Below, one piece after another: positions 30,510 through 38,879 of a DNA stretch of 64,000 nt (positions are counted from its first letter, which is position 1; every line of letters starts with the position of its first letter). The notes under the pieces are model-generated. The model was not told where the DNA came from, did not search any database, and was given only the letters and a program-made list of their open reading frames with translations. This DNA is from a virus (Duplodnaviria; Caudoviricetes), in IMG/VR virus record IMGVR_UViG_3300046787_000604, positions 1,752 to 65,751 of that record. One strand, given 5' to 3'. The position numbers and the translations under genes are program-made.

Positions 30510-31236
30510 AAAACTCAACCCCAAATCCGACATTAACTGTCATCTTTTCTCCTGATGGGGTGATTATAACTCGACTCATGTCTAATCTTGGTTCATTCTC
30601 ATCCATAAATTTTCTTATGTGTTTTGAATCCGCGATTGGCATTTGTTCTATGAACTTGGCAATTTCTGATTTATCGGTACTTCCATTAACCTCTATAATT
30701 TCTTTTTGTAATCTCCAAGTAACCTTTGGTACAACTCTACCTTGGGGATATGTATCCGCCATTCTATTAATCTCAGTAATTTCACCATAAGATAATGGTT
30801 TTAATTTAACTGTTGCTTGCGATTTTGGTAATGCTGTAATAAATGTACCATCCTCATTTGGAGTTTGCCCATTAATAATTGATAAAGAATCAAGTAATAC
30901 CGTAGTTTTGAATGGGATTCTTGTTACAGGGTCTGTCAAATTTAAGTTCATTTCAGGACCAAACGCAGTATTTCTTAAGAAAATTAAAATAGCTTCAACA
31001 TCCCCTTCCAACATATCCTCAATTCGGATATCCGGTTCGTACACTTTGGTTCTTAATAAATTTGTCGTCATATCGGCACCACCAGCCATTAAGATATTCT
31101 CATCATTAGCCGTTAGATAACCTACTTTGATAGATTTCTTTTTGTTTTTATAAAATATTCCTCCCGATGGTAGTGGAACTACATCGTGTGGTAACGTAAA
31201 ATTTTGTTGTCCGTATTCTGCTGATTGGTTTTCCAT
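30493..31236 (-). CDS. Tail assembly chaperone / baseplate hub assembly protein (T4 gp26-like)
   Basis: VPLPSGGIFY, YLTANDENIL, GDVEAILIFLRNTAFG and terminal FFRPFF; lies between tube and tape measure genes. Confidence 0.8.
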   Translation of the reverse strand: MENQSAEYGQQNFTLPHDVVPLPSGGIFYKNKKKSIKVGYLTANDENILMAGGADMTTNLLRTKVYEPDIRIEDMLEGDVEAILIFLRNTAFGPEMNLNLTDPVTRIPFKTTVLLDSLSIINGQTPNEDGTFITALPKSQATVKLKPLSYGEITEINRMADTYPQGRVVPKVTWRLQKEIIEVNGSTDKSEIAKFIEQMPIADSKHIRKFMDENEPRLDMSRVIITPSGEKMTVNVGFGVEFFRPFF

Positions 31237-31239
31237 ATA

Positions 31240-31274
31240 AAAAAATAACCGTAAAGTTTATGTCTTTACGGTTA
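31240..31274 (-). terminator. Terminator between tail tube and chaperone genes
   Basis: Minus strand TAACCGTAAAG-ACATAAA-CTTTACGGTTA followed by a T-run, ending just before the chaperone ATG. Confidence 0.75.
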
Positions 31275-31307
31275 AATATAATTAGTATTGATTTTTTATA
31301 AATAGTA

Positions 31308-31796
31308 TTAGTAAACTAACACACATCTATCCATTCTCAAAGTCGCTGTAATATCAGCAAGAGCATCAGTATTGTAAGCCAATGAACCAAAGTTAACCCC
31401 TGTTAAGAATGTACCATATAAAATCCATTTCTCAACAACAACTCCTGTTGGGTCTAACATTTCTAAGTCAATATCTTTTTTATAACCTGCAGCATATCCC
31501 ATACGTCCTGTAACAGATTCCGCGTGTAAACGAACCCACTCCATAAGAGCTTGAGAAGCAGAAGGTCCAATCGGGTCTCTAAATTTAACACTTATTTCAT
31601 CCCAGTTGAATCTACCCGCAACATATGTTGAAGTGTTCAAAAATTGTATCTCAGTAGAAGCAATTTTAATTGAAGGTCTTGAAGCACTCTCCACGAACCA
31701 TTCGTTAATCCCTAAACTTGATGGAAACCTTACAATGAATCGGTTCTGTCTTTTCGGTTCGTAAGGAATCGGCATTTTCATCAATAAATCAGCCAT
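31308..31796 (-). CDS. Tail tube protein (T4 gp19-like)
   Basis: YEPKRQNRF, SASRPS, YVAGRFNWDEISVKFRD, YKKDIDLEMLDPTGVVVEKWILYG and ITATLRMDRC. Confidence 0.92.
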   Translation of the reverse strand: MADLLMKMPIPYEPKRQNRFIVRFPSSLGINEWFVESASRPSIKIASTEIQFLNTSTYVAGRFNWDEISVKFRDPIGPSASQALMEWVRLHAESVTGRMGYAAGYKKDIDLEMLDPTGVVVEKWILYGTFLTGVNFGSLAYNTDALADITATLRMDRCVLVY

Positions 31797-31860
31797 ATTA
31801 TTTTAATTTTGTTTTTCTTAGTTTATTATCATAAATATCTTCATTTGGAAAATATTTTTC

Positions 31861-31889
31861 TTGACTAACCAAATTTAATTTACTATAAT
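31861..31889 (+). promoter_or_regulatory. Near-consensus sigma70-type promoter, antisense to the flanking genes
   Basis: TTGACT-N17-TATAAT on the plus strand, pointing into the CTAGTT repeat array. Confidence 0.6.
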
Positions 31890-31900
31890 TATAATCCAGT

Positions 31901-31976
31901 CTAGTTTATTTAATTCTAGTTCTTAATTACTAGTTTTTTTATTTAATTATTTAATACTAGTTCTTTATTACTAGTT
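31901..31976. repeat. AT-rich array of five CTAGTT repeats with ~14-nt periodicity
   Basis: CTAGTT starts at 31901, 31916, 31930, 31957 and 31971, separated by nearly pure A/T spacers. Confidence 0.8.
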
Positions 31977-32805
31977 AATATTCTTTTTTTATTCCTCCAG
32001 CTGTTGAATAAGTTTTTACAATATTGTCTGGCTTATCTTTGAAGTGTTTACTCATAACCTCCACGTTTCGGATATCGTCATCAGAAAAACCAATTGTAGG
32101 TTTTGATGGAACAAAATTATTACTCACATCCTTTTTAAGAAACGCTCTCTTATTTAATGTTGACGCAATATTTTTAATATAATCCACAAATTTTTCCATT
32201 GCACGAACCTTAGCCTCTTCAGGATTTGCAGCACCTTCCACATCATTATAAGAAACGGGGTGAAATCTACACATATCTAAATAAGTTTTGATTAATTCAT
32301 CATCACTCATCTCATCATCACCAGAAATACTTCTATATTTCTTTAAGTTTTTAATTAACTCATTTTTATCAATACCATTAAACCCGTCAATAATATAATT
32401 GTAAACGGCTTGTTTTAAGGTGTTAGGATTATGTCCACGAGCGGTTATGATGGAAAAGATAGAACCTCCGTTAATAGCCTCTCTAAAGTCGTCAAACGCT
32501 GGTCCTAGTTTGGCTCTCATCGCATCGATAAGAAAGTCTTTGTCACCCGGAGTTTGGAAATTCTTAAATGGTTCGTTTCCATAACCAACAACAGTCTCAC
32601 CGTTATACTCAAAAGGTTCTTTACCTAATTGATGTCTGTATTCCGCAAAATCATCAGTACTCATACCAATTTCATCTCCGTCTTCGGTCTTAACCATAAT
32701 TTTTGTTGGCATATGAACTACGTTATCATCCCAGTCAAATGCATAATATTTCATGTCAGGTGTACCCTGTTCATTAATCCCTTCAAGTATTGTAATTTTT
32801 TTCAT
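31975..32805 (-). CDS. HAD-superfamily phosphatase-like protein
   Basis: Motif I FDWDDN, motif II ITARGH, Lys motif EEAKV and motif IV GFSDDD. Confidence 0.75.
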   Translation of the reverse strand: MKKITILEGINEQGTPDMKYYAFDWDDNVVHMPTKIMVKTEDGDEIGMSTDDFAEYRHQLGKEPFEYNGETVVGYGNEPFKNFQTPGDKDFLIDAMRAKLGPAFDDFREAINGGSIFSIITARGHNPNTLKQAVYNYIIDGFNGIDKNELIKNLKKYRSISGDDEMSDDELIKTYLDMCRFHPVSYNDVEGAANPEEAKVRAMEKFVDYIKNIASTLNKRAFLKKDVSNNFVPSKPTIGFSDDDIRNVEVMSKHFKDKPDNIVKTYSTAGGIKKEY

Positions 32806-32813
32806 AATTGGCT

Positions 32814-32838
32814 AAAAAGTGGGGACGAATCCCCACTT
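32814..32838 (-). terminator. Rho-independent terminator (UUCG loop) after the sheath gene
   Basis: Minus strand AAGTGGGGA-TTCG-TCCCCACTT-TTT. Confidence 0.85.
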
Positions 32839-32850
32839 ATGGTTTTAATA

Positions 32851-35800
32851 TTAGATATTTTCAAACGAAGCTCCTGTTGGAGTAATGAAGAATTCAATAT
32901 CAATGAACTCTAACGCTTTCGTTGGTTTTAAGTAGATTTTACCTACTAATCTATTAGCATCTAAATCTTCAGGTGTAGAAGAAACTGTTACACGGAAATC
33001 GTATAAACCTCTATCTCTTCTAATTGAGTCTAAGATTGGGTTAACACTGTCTAAGAATTGTTGTCTAACGATTTGGTCGTTTTGTTCGAACAATAATCTT
33101 ACCGCCACCGCTGAAATCAACTTACGAGCTTGAAGTAATAATCTTCTTACGTTCAATCTGTTAAGAGCTGTGTCTGCAACTTGTAACGTTTTGTTACCCC
33201 AAATTACAGTTCCCACATCTGAGAAAGTTGCGATAGGGTTAATTCTACCTTGGTAAAGTGTATCTCTATCTTCTTGAGTCAACTTACGTCTCGCTTTGAT
33301 TGAGTTAACAAGACCTCTTGTGTAACCCGCTGACGCGAACCATGGGAATGCAATGTTATCTGTCAATGCTAAGTTTCTACAAACCTCACCTGTTGGTGGT
33401 AAGTAAATTTGAGTATTGTTTACAGTATCTCTTGTCAAAATCCAAGGGTAGTAAGTTGCTGTATAGTTAGAGTCAATTCCTGTGTTATCCAAGTTGTCAA
33501 CAGCCTCTTGTGCGTAAATCACATCTAATTGGTTTGTTGAATCCGGAGTATACATTCTATAATCAGGAGTTGTTGTAATATATACTGAGTCAGCTCTTTG
33601 ATATTGAACCATGTCAATCGCGCCTTCAACTAAGTTAGAGTTGTTAACATAATCAATACTTGCAGTTGCAAATACGTTAATGTTAGTTGCCTCAGGGTTA
33701 GAGAATGATAAAATTCCAAGTAAGTAAGCGTAATAGTCAGTGTTAGCAAAATCTTGAGTATTGTTTTGAACAACAATTCTTTTGAATAAACCTTCACCTG
33801 TCGCATTAGGGTATCTTGTTGATGGAGAAGTTCCCGCTAAGAAACCTGATGCTCCTAATTGGAATCTATCCTCATTTGTACGATACTCTCTGTAGATATC
33901 CCAACCGTCAAATCCACCTGCAAAACATACAGTATATTTTCTTGAGTAGATGAAGTAGTATGGGTTCTCTTGAGTTTCAGGGTCTGTTCTAAATTCTGCA
34001 GAACCACATTCAAATGCCGTTTGTCCACTTGTTAATGAAGTGTTCGCAATACTAACAACTGTTGCACCTGAGTCCATGTGGAAACCTTTACTTACATAAT
34101 TCCAAGCCGCTCCCTCAATAGGTGCCGCTGAATTAACCCAATTTACAGGGTTTTGTTTACCTTTATAACTTAAGAATGACTCATCAATTCCAAATTGAGT
34201 TGAGAAACCTAAGTAACTTCTTCTAACAACATCTCCCGGAGATTCTACTAAATTGTTACCACCTGTTGACGCCCCAAACGGAGGGTTAGCAATTGTTTCA
34301 CCAGGATAGTAATATTTTGTTTTGAATTGTGGTACCGGTGATGGGTTATCAGTGTTTGCGTATTCTCTTTGAGTGTATCCGTAGAATCCACAAGGAATTG
34401 CATCAAACGGAGCCTCATCCGCTAACTCAATCATAATATATTTTGAAAGTAATGCGTATTCACCGTTTGCGGTACCGATTTTCTTAGCAACGAAGTTGTT
34501 AGATGCAGGGTCCATAGTACAGTTAGTGAATTTTTCAATAACAACAGGATTTGCATCCGTATCAAAGAAATTTCTTACCAACACATCAAAAGTCATATTA
34601 TTGAATGATAAATTCGCAATTGACACTTTAACCTCAACATTCGCAGCATCCCCATCAGAGATTGAAACGAATTTGAATAATTTATAAACTTGATTACCTC
34701 TAAGTTCAGACACTAAAAATGGTGTACTTGGAGATTGATATTGTTCAAGGTTGTAAGCAATAGATGAAGGGTCTTGAGTTCTCGCCTCAGGTAATGCCAC
34801 CAATTCAGGGTTAAGACCTTTAATATAACCTTGGTTATATGCGTAAGCCAATGAACTTGGGTAAATTTCTTCTACAAACAAAGGAACTTCGAATCTTGAT
34901 TTTCCAAAGTTATCAATACCTAAAACTTTAGTAATATATTTAGATGATGTTGCAGAAAGATTAGCCTCAAATGAAAAATTATTACCATCTTTAGTTACAC
35001 CTGACAATGAGAATGTCTCAAATGGTGATTTAGATGTAGTAGTATCATGGTCAGTAGTTTCAATGATTACGTTATCTAAGTCATTTACTTCATAAGTTTG
35101 TCCGTGTTCATCACTAGATGAACTATTAACATATAATGAGATACCTCTTGAACGAAGTGTTGCAACTACCATGTTATTGTATTCTGTATAAGCAGTACCA
35201 ATAAATGAATAGTAATTACCTGTTACTTCTCCTGAGAAACTATCACCTGTTACCTCTAATTCAGAAACAACATAATAGAATGAATATCCTGAGTAAGCGT
35301 TACCTGTATAGTTGTTAAAGTTAGCGTAGTACCAAGAATCATTATCACCCGCAGATAAATCATTATCCGCTAAGTCATTAGTTTGAACACCATAAACGTT
35401 CTGTGGGTCAGTGTAAGTACCAACTAAAGACCAATAATCCCCTTCAGGAATTGCCCCGTAGATTTCAGCAGTTGTTGCAGATAATGTTGTATCACCAACA
35501 AAACTTAAAATTGTTGACGTGAAATCATCATTTAATGTTGATACACTACCATCAGATAATCGGTATTGAGAATAGAAGTTCTCAACCACCGCGTCCGGTA
35601 ACTCTCCACCAATAAAGTTAACAGTACCCGCACTTGTTGAACCTGTAAAGGTTGCTGAGAACGAAGTTGAACCTGTCGGACTTTGGATTATAGTAGTAGG
35701 GTCTACGTTAGCCGTAACTCTAATACTCCAAGATGGACCTGCGTCATATCCTGATAAACCTAAGATTCTTGTAACAAACAATTGATTTGATTGTTGCAAG

Positions 35801-36060
35801 TAAGATTTAGCGATGTAAGCCGCTTCATATTTAGGGATTTGTGTGTTAACAAATTTGGTTGGTTCTGTTCCTCCGAAAAAGGCTTGGAATTCGTCGTAGT
35901 TTGTTATGAATACCGGTTCAAAAGCAGGACCTTTAATTGTCTCACCTACTAAACCTAGGGTAGTAACACCCACACTTTGTGCTACGAATGATAAGTCAGT
36001 TTCAGAAGTGTATACACCCGGTGAAACGAAAACTTTTTGATTTGCTTGTGCTGTTGCCAT
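32851..36060 (-). CDS. Tail sheath protein (T4 gp18-like)
   Basis: SPGVYTSETDLS, GETIKGPAFEP, PWFASAGYTRG, LYQGRINPI, IWGNKT and LNVRRLLL...LEFIDIEF. Confidence 0.96.
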   Translation of the reverse strand: MATAQANQKVFVSPGVYTSETDLSFVAQSVGVTTLGLVGETIKGPAFEPVFITNYDEFQAFFGGTEPTKFVNTQIPKYEAAYIAKSYLQQSNQLFVTRILGLSGYDAGPSWSIRVTANVDPTTIIQSPTGSTSFSATFTGSTSAGTVNFIGGELPDAVVENFYSQYRLSDGSVSTLNDDFTSTILSFVGDTTLSATTAEIYGAIPEGDYWSLVGTYTDPQNVYGVQTNDLADNDLSAGDNDSWYYANFNNYTGNAYSGYSFYYVVSELEVTGDSFSGEVTGNYYSFIGTAYTEYNNMVVATLRSRGISLYVNSSSSDEHGQTYEVNDLDNVIIETTDHDTTTSKSPFETFSLSGVTKDGNNFSFEANLSATSSKYITKVLGIDNFGKSRFEVPLFVEEIYPSSLAYAYNQGYIKGLNPELVALPEARTQDPSSIAYNLEQYQSPSTPFLVSELRGNQVYKLFKFVSISDGDAANVEVKVSIANLSFNNMTFDVLVRNFFDTDANPVVIEKFTNCTMDPASNNFVAKKIGTANGEYALLSKYIMIELADEAPFDAIPCGFYGYTQREYANTDNPSPVPQFKTKYYYPGETIANPPFGASTGGNNLVESPGDVVRRSYLGFSTQFGIDESFLSYKGKQNPVNWVNSAAPIEGAAWNYVSKGFHMDSGATVVSIANTSLTSGQTAFECGSAEFRTDPETQENPYYFIYSRKYTVCFAGGFDGWDIYREYRTNEDRFQLGASGFLAGTSPSTRYPNATGEGLFKRIVVQNNTQDFANTDYYAYLLGILSFSNPEATNINVFATASIDYVNNSNLVEGAIDMVQYQRADSVYITTTPDYRMYTPDSTNQLDVIYAQEAVDNLDNTGIDSNYTATYYPWILTRDTVNNTQIYLPPTGEVCRNLALTDNIAFPWFASAGYTRGLVNSIKARRKLTQEDRDTLYQGRINPIATFSDVGTVIWGNKTLQVADTALNRLNVRRLLLQARKLISAVAVRLLFEQNDQIVRQQFLDSVNPILDSIRRDRGLYDFRVTVSSTPEDLDANRLVGKIYLKPTKALEFIDIEFFITPTGASFENI

Positions 36061-36161
36061 TATCTAATTATTCTATTGCAGATTTATTTTATAGATAAAT
36101 ATTCAATAGAATATCAAAAAACTTTACTTTTAGATATCTATTTGTAAAGAGTATGAATTAA

Positions 36162-36180
36162 TTCTACCTTTTTTCTACCT
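36162..36180 (+). promoter_or_regulatory. TTCTACCT direct repeat (candidate RHH operator)
   Basis: TTCTACCT at 36162-36169 and 36173-36180, 11 nt apart and abutting the ATG of the RHH-like gene. Confidence 0.4.
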
Positions 36181-36342
36181 ATGAAACAGACAAAAGAAAT
36201 CAAGAATATTAAAATAGACCCCGCCGTCCACGAGATACTAAAAAAGTACTGTGAAAAGCGAGGATTAAAAATTTATAAGTTTTTAGAAAAATTAATTGTA
36301 GAAACCTGTAAAGAGAAAAGAGATATCTACGGAGAGGATTAA
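36181..36342 (+). CDS. Small ribbon-helix-helix-like DNA-binding protein (53 aa, below the ORF-track cutoff)
   Basis: Manual translation MKQTKEIKNIKIDPAVHEILKKYCEKRGLKIYKFLEKLIVETCKEKRDIYGED shows an alternating beta strand followed by helix-Gly-helix. Confidence 0.75.
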   Translation: MKQTKEIKNIKIDPAVHEILKKYCEKRGLKIYKFLEKLIVETCKEKRDIYGED

Positions 36343-37379
36343 ACTAATAGGTTATCGAACTGAATTGTGGCCTCTTGTTCGTCGTCAATTTTAACAACAT
36401 CTATTCGTAAAATATCGTTTGTTGTTATCTGAATGTTTTGGACATCTGTCCCAAAATAATCATCATTGATATACACATCGTATGTGTTAATATTCGATGA
36501 AGTTAGGAACGATAGATTTGCCGTGTAAGCAACGATATCATTTAGTGTGTCATTCCCAATAACAAACAAATAATTCTCCAAAAATTCATTTGGATTTTTT
36601 GGATATTTCTGTCTTTTCTTATTTGGTGTTCTTGAATCCAACTCCATAATTTGAGCAACCCTTGAAATTGCCGGTTTAACCTCAAATTCATCTTCATCAA
36701 TCAAATAACCTAACATTGTAAAGTCATAACTTTGAACATAATACTTTCTTGAATCTAAACTCATTTGTGATTCATCAGAGATATTATTCATAATGATTGG
36801 AACATACTGACCCTTAATAAAGGTGTACGCTTGTCTTGAAGAAAACTTTTGTAATATAATCTTATTCAATTCGTTGAGCTCTCTCATACGATTACAAATA
36901 ATCTTGACACTATAATTGATATCCACTGGAACCGGTTGAGGTATTGTGTAGATATCCATCCCCTGTTCGTTTCCGTTCCAAGTCGGAACTGATGCGTAGT
37001 AGAATTGTTTTCTATTTGGAATTGTATATTGTAATGACGGATTGGTACCAAATTTAACTTCGGGACTTCTAACTACCGTGATAAAGGGCGGGGAAGGGTT
37101 ATAATCTAAATCAACGAATAATGCGGTCTCAACATATTGAGACCAGTTTTGTGTTGTGATTATAATATCCACCATTGGGACTGTCTTCCCAGCAGTAACC
37201 ACCTTCAAATCTTCTTTAACAAAATCTAACATTCCTCTGTCCAAATCGGCGTGTAATACTGATTTCGGTAAATAAGTTCCGTCCTCGTTAATATATTCCA
37301 ATAGTTGTTCTCTACGAGCAGACAACGTTTTCTTTGGAACTAACGGTAATGTTGGTATAACTTTTTTTGGTAATGGCAT
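36339..37379 (-). CDS. Tail terminator / sheath stabiliser (T4 gp15-like)
   Basis: QPVPVDINYSVKIICNRMRELNELNKIILQKF resembles the gp15 PVP...ILPYF pattern; lies upstream of the sheath gene. Confidence 0.65.
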   Translation of the reverse strand: MPLPKKVIPTLPLVPKKTLSARREQLLEYINEDGTYLPKSVLHADLDRGMLDFVKEDLKVVTAGKTVPMVDIIITTQNWSQYVETALFVDLDYNPSPPFITVVRSPEVKFGTNPSLQYTIPNRKQFYYASVPTWNGNEQGMDIYTIPQPVPVDINYSVKIICNRMRELNELNKIILQKFSSRQAYTFIKGQYVPIIMNNISDESQMSLDSRKYYVQSYDFTMLGYLIDEDEFEVKPAISRVAQIMELDSRTPNKKRQKYPKNPNEFLENYLFVIGNDTLNDIVAYTANLSFLTSSNINTYDVYINDDYFGTDVQNIQITTNDILRIDVVKIDDEQEATIQFDNLLV

Positions 37380-37380
37380 T

Positions 37381-37917
37381 TTATTTCTTAACTACAAATA
37401 ATTTATTTTGTGAATTTATCATATCAACTTCAGTTGCGTGATAAACCGGTTCACCTGTTGATTTATAAACAAACGAATCGTACTTGTATGGGTTGTAAGT
37501 AACAACCATATCTGACGGTGGATTTGGAATATTATCACATGGATATTCACAAAAATCCATTAAATCACCAATAACAAATGCGTGAACATTTTTTGATTTT
37601 TCCGTTCTAACACGGTCTTTACCACCTTTTCTAACTCTAAATTCAACATCACCTAATTTAACATAATCAGCGTGCATAATGACTTTAGATTTATATGTAA
37701 CAGAAAATGTGTGTTTGTGAAGGTTATAGTACACCATAACTCTTTTCCCGATATGATTTTCTCCGGAATTGTCATGACCACATTTATGACAGATGTAAGG
37801 GTCGTCACCACCATCAGTCAAATCCCATGACCAACCACACTTGTCACAAATTACTTCTTTATTTGTGACAATTTCTAATATTCTTTTTAATTGAGATTCT
37901 GTTACTAAAACTTTCAT
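37381..37917 (-). CDS. Hypothetical protein with VTESQLKRILE leader, zinc ribbon and a phage-type C-terminal domain
   Basis: CDKCGWSW...ICHKCGH, then YYNLHK...KNVHAFV.G...YNPYKY. Confidence 0.7.
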   Translation of the reverse strand: MKVLVTESQLKRILEIVTNKEVICDKCGWSWDLTDGGDDPYICHKCGHDNSGENHIGKRVMVYYNLHKHTFSVTYKSKVIMHADYVKLGDVEFRVRKGGKDRVRTEKSKNVHAFVIGDLMDFCEYPCDNIPNPPSDMVVTYNPYKYDSFVYKSTGEPVYHATEVDMINSQNKLFVVKK

Positions 37918-37919
37918 TG

Positions 37920-38312
37920 TTAATAATGTACTGATAGGGTGTTAACCGGTAAGTTTATATTATCTTGGAACCATTTTTCCATTGATTCTTGCCAATGTAC
38001 TCCAAACATATTATCTAAATGTTCCGCGTATCCACCCATAACCTCTAAAATTGGTGCGTTATTTTTGAAAGATTTTGAACTCGCCTCGTCTCCATAATAT
38101 TCTTTTGTGAAATAATTAAAAACAATATCGGAATCATCTTCCCCATCCCAATCTCCTTTATAAAAAATTATAAAGTTTTCATCTTCTTCATATTCACCAT
38201 TTTCATCAAAATCCATTCCGTGAGTCCAATTAAGTTCATTTGGTTTCAAATATTCATCAAGATACTGATAAATGGCGTTATTTAATTTACTTTCTGTTAT
38301 TACGTATTTCAT
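37920..38312 (-). CDS. Acidic hypothetical protein with ITESKL leader
   Basis: 130-aa ORF starting MKYVITESKL, translationally coupled to the upstream gene. Confidence 0.7.
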   Translation of the reverse strand: MKYVITESKLNNAIYQYLDEYLKPNELNWTHGMDFDENGEYEEDENFIIFYKGDWDGEDDSDIVFNYFTKEYYGDEASSKSFKNNAPILEVMGGYAEHLDNMFGVHWQESMEKWFQDNINLPVNTLSVHY

Positions 38313-38824
38313 TATATTCCTCTAAATTCGTTTTCACTTACATAAGTTGCAACAATACTTCGGTAGAATGGTTTATACCCACCATAAGTGTGTTTATTAT
38401 CCGACCTAACATATCCATCGTCACTCACCACATAATACCTAACTCTATCTTCAGTTTCATAATACCCAAGATAATCTCCTTGATATATTTCAACACCTAA
38501 TTCATCAAGAGTTTTTTGATATAATGAGAATTTCATATTACCCGGTTCTTGCAATTCAACTCGTGAATTACCATAATTTTTAGATGATGGCGCCATCACC
38601 TGAACCAAACCTTGTAATTCAACAGGGGCCATGAATTGGATACCATCTTCGCTCACCTCACCATAAACATCGTCTGTTTTGGTTTTATATCTGTCGATAC
38701 GATAAAGGATTACTGTGAAATTCATATCACCTAATAACCACTCCTCACCCATACCGATGTCTAAAGCGTAATCCTCCGCTCCGAAGAATTTACCTAATCT
38801 TGTAATTGGAACTAATTTTTGCAT
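38312..38824 (-). CDS. Putative head-closure / neck protein (gp14-like)
   Basis: VILYRID...DDVYGE...F.APVEL and LDELGVEIYQGDYLGY; lies in the neck/tail-terminator region. Confidence 0.55.
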   Translation of the reverse strand: MQKLVPITRLGKFFGAEDYALDIGMGEEWLLGDMNFTVILYRIDRYKTKTDDVYGEVSEDGIQFMAPVELQGLVQVMAPSSKNYGNSRVELQEPGNMKFSLYQKTLDELGVEIYQGDYLGYYETEDRVRYYVVSDDGYVRSDNKHTYGGYKPFYRSIVATYVSENEFRGI

Positions 38825-38879
38825 ATATTGATAAATACTTCAATATCAACTATATTTAATTCAAATATTTTTTGTATAG

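Noticed and set aside
30434-30790. 118-aa plus-strand ORF across the chaperone end
   Set aside because: It is antisense to the chaperone; the minus-strand +1 extension explains the region better.
31901-31976. CTAGTT array as a mini-CRISPR
   Set aside because: The repeat is only 6 nt with 8-21-nt A/T spacers, far from CRISPR dimensions.
3094-36060. Bacterial contractile injection system (eCIS/T6SS/tailocin) instead of a phage
   Set aside because: Neck proteins and a full phage replication set are interleaved with the tail genes.
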